Shown: piece by piece, positions 1 to 6,492 of the stretch
Layout: the number at the start of each line of letters is the position of its first letter
Position numbering within the stretch: position 1 is the stretch's first letter
Origin: Candidatus Hodarchaeota archaeon
GTDB taxonomy: Archaea > Asgardarchaeota > Heimdallarchaeia > Hodarchaeales > Hodarchaeaceae
Assembly: GCA_029856365.1 (NCBI GenBank)
Contig: JAHQWW010000104.1
Location: forward strand, 1 to 13,498
Direction of reading: 5' to 3'
DNA length: 13,498 nucleotides
Translations under genes and position numbers: made by a program
Notes under the pieces: generated by a model
The model's database searches: none
What the model was told of the DNA's origin: nothing
What the model saw: the letters and a program-made list of their open reading frames with translations, nothing else

Positions 1-1473
1 ATCTACTGCATCACCATAAGTATCTTTTACATGTTTATCCCAGATCTCGGACATCTGTTTAGTAGATAAATTCTCTCTTGACCCTTTTTCGTGACACTCT
101 TTCTCCCAAAATACATACATGGTTTGCCGGGAAATAGTCACAATAGCATCTTCCAACTGGCTAGATAGGATTTTTAGCTTTGCTTCTTCATCAGTCATAG
201 TCTTTAGCATTTTATCAATAAGAATCTGTTCTCCAAAAACTGATGCTGTTTCTGCAGCAACAAGGGGTGGACTATAATTTAGAAGAGACTGTTTTCGTCC
301 GCTAAACATGTCATGAAGACCGTGGCCCATCTCATGAGCTAATGTACTTACCCCATCAGGTGTACCATCAAACGACATATGGATTACAGGATCTATTCCA
401 GGTGCAATACCCATACAAAAAGCGCCAAACCTTTTCGTTTTCCGAACTTCAGAGTCAATCAACTTGCGATCAAAAAATCCTTTTGCCATTTCACCAATTT
501 CAGGATCGTATTCGGTATAGGCATCCAGTACCATTTGCTTAGCTTCTTCCCAAGAGTATTTAATTGCTTTACCTAGAGGAGCATAGAGATCTGAACCTTT
601 AATTTTATCACCTTGCCCCATTAGTCTCGCTTTACTCTTATAATATTCTTGTACAAAAGGGAAATTCTTTTTAATTATATCCATCATTGTTTGGACGATT
701 TTCTCATCAGTTTGGTTCCTAATGTGAGCTGGAGTCATTGTTGTAGGGTATTTCCGAAGATCTACATTTTGACCATGATTTTTCCAGATGTTGTTAAAAC
801 AGTGACCTATTGTAATGGATTCCTCAGAGTATTTTCGATAATAAGTTTTGAAAACCTGTTCACGTATTTCAGGGTTTGGATCCCGAAATAAGGGATATAT
901 TTCTCCTGGTGACAATTTCTTTAGTTCACCTTCGATTTCAACTTCGTATTCAAAAGCTGCAGTGAATTCTTGAAAGAATTTATACCAAGCATCCCTACCT
1001 ACAAGTGATTTCTGCAAAATAACCTGCTCAACGGGTTCTGATAATAAATAAGGTTTGTTTAATCGCTTAACAATGATATAATGATGATAATTTGCCAATA
1101 ATGGATCTTGAAGATATTTCTGTACCCGTTCTTCTTGAAGTTCATTTAATTCTAATGTAATCCATATCAATTTATTCTCAATATCTACAGACTGTTGTTG
1201 CATTTTAGCATAAAGCGCTTTATGATCTTCATTAGTCGTTTCTTGATAAAAAAGTAGAGCTCCATATCCTCCTGCTTTTGAAACCAATGTTTGAATCTTC
1301 TCGACTTGTTGAAAAAGTATTAGTAATTCTTTTGCGGAGATTTCGCCTGTTTTTACCTTTCCACGATTTTTTTCCAAATCTTCAGCGATTTCTTTTGCCT
1401 GATTCAAATCTTCATCAATCTTAGGATCATTAAATCCTTTGTACAAAAAAGAAAGATCCCACTTGCTTGTCAA
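1..1473 (-). CDS. pepF: Oligoendopeptidase F (peptidase family M3B), 3' end runs off the window
   Basis: Not in the ORF track. Translated by hand from TTG at 1473-1471: MTSKWDLSFLYKGFNDPKIDEDL (typical PepF WDLSxLY start), with AAGGAG SD at 1489-1484. The same frame gives KRFGAFCMG...STLAHEMGHGLHD (HExxH at 336-322) and AETASVFGE (third zinc-ligand motif). Confidence 0.93.
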   Translation of the reverse strand, partial: MTSKWDLSFLYKGFNDPKIDEDLNQAKEIAEDLEKNRGKVKTGEISAKELLILFQQVEKIQTLVSKAGGYGALLFYQETTNEDHKALYAKMQQQSVDIENKLIWITLELNELQEERVQKYLQDPLLANYHHYIIVKRLNKPYLLSEPVEQVILQKSLVGRDAWYKFFQEFTAAFEYEVEIEGELKKLSPGEIYPLFRDPNPEIREQVFKTYYRKYSEESITIGHCFNNIWKNHGQNVDLRKYPTTMTPAHIRNQTDEKIVQTMMDIIKKNFPFVQEYYKSKARLMGQGDKIKGSDLYAPLGKAIKYSWEEAKQMVLDAYTEYDPEIGEMAKGFFDRKLIDSEVRKTKRFGAFCMGIAPGIDPVIHMSFDGTPDGVSTLAHEMGHGLHDMFSGRKQSLLNYSPPLVAAETASVFGEQILIDKMLKTMTDEEAKLKILSSQLEDAIVTISRQTMYVFWEKECHEKGSRENLSTKQMSEIWDKHVKDTYGDAVD

Positions 1474-1562
1474 TAATTACAAACTCCTTTTTCTAGAATA
1501 TTTATGGTAATAGATTGTATTAAGCGACCATTTTGAGGAATTATCTAAAATTTGCTATTCTG

Positions 1563-1654
1563 GTACTTTATTGTATAACTTACTATTTGTACTTAGGTTT
1601 AGTTGTATTTGTACTTAAAATATCGGACTTAGGTTTTTAAAGCAAAATGTACCT
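1563..1654. promoter_or_regulatory. Divergent pepF/acyl-CoA dehydrogenase promoter region with direct repeats and a TATA-like box
   Basis: TATTTGTACTTA at 1584-1595 and 1606-1617; ACTTAGGTTT at 1591-1600 and 1627-1636; TATA-like TTTTTAAAGC at 1634-1643. Confidence 0.45.
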
Positions 1655-1707
1655 TGAGGGAATTTGACTATTCAAATTGAAAATAAACAATAAATAGGGA
1701 TAGAACC

Positions 1708-2994
1708 ATGAAAATCCAGTTAGTCGAAGATGAAATACTAGATATGATGAGCTTAAAAAATCAATATGGCGTGTTCAATAACAACATGATGATGTTGCTT
1801 GATGACAACGATAAGAACTACATTGAAGAGATTCAGCAGCTTTGTCTAGAGCAGGAAGAGAAAATTGGGGGGATCAATGGGCACAATAACGCTGATTATT
1901 ATGATTGGTTCCCATGGGCTGGCAAACATGCGTTAATCAATCGCAGTAACGAATATCCCCATCGAGACGATCTGAAAATTGGTATGAAAGCTGAACTTCT
2001 CCGCTGTTGGACAATGGATATTTTTAATCCTCAATTTAACATGGCAATGGGCGCCTCTACTCTTTGTATTAATCCTATTGTTCACCACCACAATAACCGA
2101 GAGAATCTCTTAAAAGACCTTCAGGATTTACTTGATGGCACTAAGATAGGGTGTATTGGAATTACAGAACCAAAACGAGGATCTGATGCGGTCAACATGA
2201 CCGTGAAAGCAGAGAAAGTCGATGGTGGATATACCATTGATGGAATTAAGTGTTATACAACAAATTCACCGAAAGCTGATATGGTTGCTGTTTATGCGGT
2301 TTTAAACGAAGAGGATCCACGTGGTACAATGGTACAGGGCATTTCTCATAAAGAATGGGATCGAGGATTTAAAGCAGAAAGGATAGGGATTCCTTCTGTA
2401 AGCAAGGTTCATATTGGGAAGACAATTTTCGAGGATTCTTTTATTCCTGAAGACTATATGACTGGTGGTCCTGGTGAAGGATATCATATTCTATTTGAAG
2501 GACTAGTTCCTGAAAGAATTGGTATCGCTGCAACCAATGTAGGCCAAATGTGGGGAGCATTTGCTTTAGCCTCACTTTATTCAACTGTAAGAAAGCAATT
2601 TGGAACTCCACCTGGAACTACTAAGATTCTACTCCACCAAGCAGTTGGGATGTCTGTTCTTGCAAAATATCATTCTCGCTTAATATCAATAACAATGGCT
2701 TTGTTGAAATTAGCAGAAGCTTATGACGCTAAGAGAGATGAGCTTGCGGGTATTAGTCCATTTATGAATCCTTTTGTTGCAATGGCCTCACAAGTGAAAG
2801 AACAGGCAGCACAGCTTGTCCATGAATTAACATATGAGTGTATGCACGCAATGGGTGGTACAGGTGTTACAGACCAAACTAAGATGCCACTAATTCAGGG
2901 AGTTTCAGAGATTGCAGAAGTTGTGGGTGGAACACGCAATGTACAATTACTCATTGGCAGTAGAACAATTAATACTATGGTAAAAATGATCTAA
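1708..2994 (+). CDS. Acyl-CoA dehydrogenase family protein (FAD-dependent)
   Basis: 428 aa with ACAD motifs ITEPKRGSD, IDGIKCYTTN, GPGEGY...LVPERIGIAA, RKQFG, HAMGGTG and VVGGTRNVQ. Confidence 0.93.
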   Translation: MKIQLVEDEILDMMSLKNQYGVFNNNMMMLLDDNDKNYIEEIQQLCLEQEEKIGGINGHNNADYYDWFPWAGKHALINRSNEYPHRDDLKIGMKAELLRCWTMDIFNPQFNMAMGASTLCINPIVHHHNNRENLLKDLQDLLDGTKIGCIGITEPKRGSDAVNMTVKAEKVDGGYTIDGIKCYTTNSPKADMVAVYAVLNEEDPRGTMVQGISHKEWDRGFKAERIGIPSVSKVHIGKTIFEDSFIPEDYMTGGPGEGYHILFEGLVPERIGIAATNVGQMWGAFALASLYSTVRKQFGTPPGTTKILLHQAVGMSVLAKYHSRLISITMALLKLAEAYDAKRDELAGISPFMNPFVAMASQVKEQAAQLVHELTYECMHAMGGTGVTDQTKMPLIQGVSEIAEVVGGTRNVQLLIGSRTINTMVKMI

Positions 2995-3004
2995 AGAAGC
3001 GTAA

Positions 3005-3034
3005 TTTCCCCCCTCTCCTCCTTTTTCTTCTCCC
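3005..3034 (+). terminator. Probable archaeal pyrimidine/U-tract terminator
   Basis: 30-nt uninterrupted pyrimidine run starting 10 nt after the stop codon, followed by more T-runs. Confidence 0.5.
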
Positions 3035-3285
3035 AAACAAAGCTTTACCATATATTTTTTTCTATTCATTATTTTTGTCGGATTATTTTCGTTTAAAATA
3101 TGAGATTATCTGTTTTCACACATTTTGGGGACTTCCAAGCTATTTTCTAAAAAATTGAAGGTGATTATTAAAATCCGGAGAAAATGTTCAGGTGACTTTT
3201 TTAAGAAATATAACTACATTAATTTTGAAAAAAGGAACACTTTCCAAAAATCTACAATTCTATGCCGTTATTCGGAGCTCTCTGA

Positions 3286-4191
3286 ATGACTCTCCTTTCA
3301 GTCAAAGTCTTTGACAAAAACAATACAGAGCTAAATTCAACAATCCCTGTTTCTAATGATCAACGATTTAATGACCTACTTCCACTTCTTGAAACATTAT
3401 CACAGGAAGAAACTCAAGAAGGATGGATTCAAGGATTAATCGTTAACGACAACTTAATAGTTTTTCGTAAGACGATGAATAATTTAATGTTGGTTTCAAT
3501 TGCGACATTTGATACATCTTTTCAAAAACTGAAACAATTTCTAAGCCTTTTAGAGAAATATCTCTGTGAGAATTTTTCAACTCTAAAAGACATCGTTTCA
3601 GCAAAAAATTTCCAAGAGTTATGTAATTCAATCATAAAAGCAGTAGATGATTCAACCACAGAACTAAAAATTGCTCTTCTCGGATTAGACCGTTCAGGTA
3701 AGAGTACTTTTTTTAATTACTTTAAGGAAGAGCTTCCACTAGCTGGATTCAAATCCTATCAACCAACACAACTTTTGGATATTATTAGAACCGATCCAAC
3801 AGGTGATTTACCTCAAATACAGTTAATTGATCTTGGGTATGCTTTTCACTCCCAATGGTGGAGATTCAGTAGTGAAGTTGATGGTTATATCTTTTTTGTT
3901 GATAGTTCGGATTCAAATCGGATAAAGAAAAGCGAGGAGTTATTGCAGGAGATACGCAACTTCTGGGATCGTCCTTTTGTTGTCGCTGCAAATATGCGTG
4001 ATATAAGCAGGATAGCTAATATAAGAAAATACCTTGCTCGTAAATTTCGCATTTCCAGTAAAATAATCTATGAAGTAAACACTTGGACTGGAGATGGTAT
4101 TCTCCCTCTTCTTGAAGGGTTGGTTAAAGACGAAATACAGTGTCACAAAATAGCTGTCTCAATGGTTCATCCTAACAAAAGCAAAATATAA
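3286..4191 (+). CDS. Arf-like small GTPase domain protein with an N-terminal longin-like domain
   Basis: Residues ~126-282: KIALLGLDRSGKST (Arf-type G1), YQPT (G2), IDLGY (degenerate G3), YIFFVDSSD, ANMRD (degenerate G4), TGDGI. Residues 1-122 have a beta-beta-alpha-beta-beta-beta-alpha-alpha pattern like longin domains, judged by eye. GGAG SD at 3274-3277. Confidence 0.8.
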   Translation: MTLLSVKVFDKNNTELNSTIPVSNDQRFNDLLPLLETLSQEETQEGWIQGLIVNDNLIVFRKTMNNLMLVSIATFDTSFQKLKQFLSLLEKYLCENFSTLKDIVSAKNFQELCNSIIKAVDDSTTELKIALLGLDRSGKSTFFNYFKEELPLAGFKSYQPTQLLDIIRTDPTGDLPQIQLIDLGYAFHSQWWRFSSEVDGYIFFVDSSDSNRIKKSEELLQEIRNFWDRPFVVAANMRDISRIANIRKYLARKFRISSKIIYEVNTWTGDGILPLLEGLVKDEIQCHKIAVSMVHPNKSKI

Positions 4192-4290
4192 TATAAAACC
4201 TGAAAATTGTACCTGCTGCCCTAGTCCACATGGCTGTAGATGCAGTTTGGAGCATATTTCTTAGCTTCTAAAAAGGTAAATCATGAGTAA

Positions 4291-5082
4291 TTACACTGCT
4301 AACTCCTTGATAATAGGGAGTAAAGTGGTTAGATTTTCAATAGTCCTGAACTTTAAATTCATTGGTTTCCTTAAGGAAGAATAATTATCTCGCCATACCA
4401 TTATATACTCTATCCTGAATTTACTAGCAAGATTCGCTTCCTCAATGGAGTCCCCCACAAAGATAGATCTACTAGGATCTGCATTCGCGATTTGTAGCAT
4501 ATTTTTAAAATATATTCCTGAGCTAGCCTTTTTTGGTGCTCTAACAGAATCATAACCAATTAATTTCTTAAAAAAATCATTCAAATTATGAAGAACAACC
4601 GCGCCTTTAATGTGACGTGAAGATGCGGATGAGGCTATGTACATAAGTAAATGTTTTATCTTTATTAACTCTTTAAGCAAAGGATATACTTCGGGAAAGA
4701 GAATGGGATAAGGACCGTTCGCGAGGGCTTCATATTCGACTCGTGATGTGTTTAAAAGTGGTTTAATAACTTTTTTATACTTCAGTGGTACAAACTCAAG
4801 TATAAATTCTTCCCACGCTTTGTCTATTATTTTATAATTTCTCATAAAGTCTTCTAAATTGTTTTTATCTTCTTCCCACCCCTCAAATTCATCAGAGAGA
4901 TACGTTATCTCTGTGATCCATTTTTTATAACTTTTATCATGAATCTCCTTAATGTTACTTGGGGATATCCCTATTGGGGTCAGAATTTTTATCAAGTAGT
5001 ATTGATAATTCTTGTTCACGGCATTGACATCAGCTAGTACTCCATGCAGGTCAAAAAAAATGTGCCAATAATGTTTACTCAA
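4291..5082 (-). CDS. HAD-superfamily hydrolase (subfamily IA-like, helical cap)
   Basis: Motif I IFFDLHGVL, LFPEV, motif II IASSAS, motif III K (APKK), motif IV FVGDSIEE. TTG start. Confidence 0.85.
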   Translation of the reverse strand: MSKHYWHIFFDLHGVLADVNAVNKNYQYYLIKILTPIGISPSNIKEIHDKSYKKWITEITYLSDEFEGWEEDKNNLEDFMRNYKIIDKAWEEFILEFVPLKYKKVIKPLLNTSRVEYEALANGPYPILFPEVYPLLKELIKIKHLLMYIASSASSRHIKGAVVLHNLNDFFKKLIGYDSVRAPKKASSGIYFKNMLQIANADPSRSIFVGDSIEEANLASKFRIEYIMVWRDNYSSLRKPMNLKFRTIENLTTLLPIIKELAV

Positions 5083-5148
5083 TATTAATCAAAGTAAGCG
5101 AGGTTTTTTTCTGTTTAAATCCTTTACAGATTTGAGAGAGATGAACTA

Positions 5149-5283
5149 TTAGAAAAGCTTTTCCCCACAAGTTGGGCAGTATTTTGAGATATAAGCAATC
5201 TCATTACCACAGTATTTGCAACAGAGGCGTGTTGCTTTCTCTTCTTTGATAGAAGTTTTTTCATCTTTTAATACATCATTCAA
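5149..5283 (-). CDS. Small zinc-ribbon protein (44 aa)
   Basis: Below the ORF-track cutoff. Hand translation: MNDVLKDEKTSIKEEKATRLCCKYCGNEIAYISKYCPTCGEKLF*, a CxxC-x10-CPxCG ribbon. GAGGA SD at 5296-5292 lies 8 nt before the TTG; double stop TAA TAG. Confidence 0.8.
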   Translation of the reverse strand: MNDVLKDEKTSIKEEKATRLCCKYCGNEIAYISKYCPTCGEKLF

Positions 5284-5481
5284 TAAATATGTCCTCAATT
5301 TCTAATTGAATGAAATAAAGAATTTCATTTATTGTCAGAGGTTTTATTCTCTGTATCAATGAACGCTAATAAACTATATTAAAATAACCATATAACTTTT
5401 TTAATCAATTTCTATTCGAATTCTTTCTGACAAAGTTATATCTTTAAAATCTCTAGTGTTAATTTCCATAGGTGAACGAAA

Positions 5482-5769
5482 ATGTCTACAATTCTAAAAA
5501 AGATCGATAATTTGGATGTTACTTGGAAAATTGCTTTTAGAAAAGCATTTTTAGTTGGTGGATGCCTACTCGGATCTGAGCTTGTTTGTGTAATAATTCT
5601 CTTTGTTTTGATAATCATTCTCGTTCCATTGGGTTTATTTGTTCCTCAAGAGATGATAGCTAATGAGACAACGGTCAGATATCTCGTATTGATATTTACA
5701 TTCTTTGGATTCCTTGTTGGCCTGTTTAAGGCATTGATTGATATTTTAATTACTACAACTGATCTTTAA
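5482..5769 (+). CDS. Small hypothetical membrane protein (about 2 TM helices)
   Basis: 95 aa; AGGTGA SD at 5470-5475; two long hydrophobic segments separated by a short polar loop. Confidence 0.7.
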   Translation: MSTILKKIDNLDVTWKIAFRKAFLVGGCLLGSELVCVIILFVLIIILVPLGLFVPQEMIANETTVRYLVLIFTFFGFLVGLFKALIDILITTTDL

Positions 5770-5820
5770 CCTTCTTAAGGTCAGTTCATCATTGAATTTA
5801 TGGTATGTTGAGAGAGAATA

Positions 5821-6339
5821 TTGAATCCTCATTTAGAAAAGCAAAAAAAAGTTATTTTACAAAAGATCAGAGAGGCCAATAGCTTTACTCTTCTTTTTAT
5901 CTGTTCAGGAAATATTATTAGAAGTCCTTATGCTCATTTGCTTTTTGAACACCTTATTCAAGAGGATAGAGAGCTAAAAGAAAAAATTCGGGTGGAATCA
6001 AGGGGAGTAACATATCGTAACTATTATATTTCAATGGAAGCTCGTGAGATGTTGTTAAAGGAAGGGATTTCTGCTGAAAGAATAGCTGAATTTACACCAA
6101 GATACTATTCTGATTATCCTGACGTGTTTAAATCAGCAGATCTTGTCTTAGTAATGGAAAACAACCATATTCGAAGAGTGCCTATTAGTGTTAGAAAGCA
6201 GACCTTCTTATTACTTGAATTCACCTTAGGAGTCACTGATGATGTTCCTGACCCTTATTTTGATCCTCCTTTTGAACGATCTTTCCAAATGGTTAAAGAA
6301 GCAATGATTCAGTTAAGGACTTTTTTCAGAGGAGGATAA
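5821..6339 (+). CDS. Low-molecular-weight protein-tyrosine phosphatase (LMWPc) family protein
   Basis: P-loop FICSGNIIRS (CX5R), VESRG, ADLVLVME and general-acid motif DVPDPYF. Confidence 0.9.
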   Translation: MNPHLEKQKKVILQKIREANSFTLLFICSGNIIRSPYAHLLFEHLIQEDRELKEKIRVESRGVTYRNYYISMEAREMLLKEGISAERIAEFTPRYYSDYPDVFKSADLVLVMENNHIRRVPISVRKQTFLLLEFTLGVTDDVPDPYFDPPFERSFQMVKEAMIQLRTFFRGG

Positions 6340-6416
6340 TTATGAAAAAGCCATTAAACGTCTTCAGCTATGTCCCTACTAATTGTTTCTTTTAGTCCTT
6401 AGCATCTGAACAAATC

Positions 6417-6426
6417 TTTTTAAAGC
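6417..6426 (+). promoter_or_regulatory. Putative TATA box of the substrate-binding protein gene
   Basis: TTTTTAAAGC, identical to 1634-1643 and at a similar distance (76-85 nt) from the start codon. Confidence 0.4.
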
Positions 6427-6492
6427 TCTGAAATTTTGAAAATATTCGGTTGAATTTGTAATCACACGATATACAAATTTTAACTTTTTTAG

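Noticed and set aside
342-891. Three + strand ORFs (342-542, 379-576, 649-891)
   Set aside because: Antisense shadows of the well-supported pepF gene; no motifs.
1584-1636. Intergenic direct repeats as a mini-CRISPR array
   Set aside because: Repeats are only 10-12 nt with a 22-36 nt period, too short for repeat-spacer units, and there are no cas genes.
2302-4146. - strand ORFs 2302-2487, 3443-3631 and 3940-4146
   Set aside because: Short, fully antisense to the acyl-CoA dehydrogenase or GTPase genes, with no recognisable features.
4192-4290. GC-richer patch between convergent genes as a hairpin or small RNA
   Set aside because: Only weak, interrupted pairing; no tRNA cloverleaf or C/D-box pattern recognised.
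5436-5618. 60-aa - strand ORF
   Set aside because: Overlaps antisense the 95-aa membrane protein, which has a good SD and TM pattern.
5821-6339. Annotation as arsenate reductase arsC
   Set aside because: No resolving cysteines and no ars genes nearby; the DPY motif fits an LMW-PTP.
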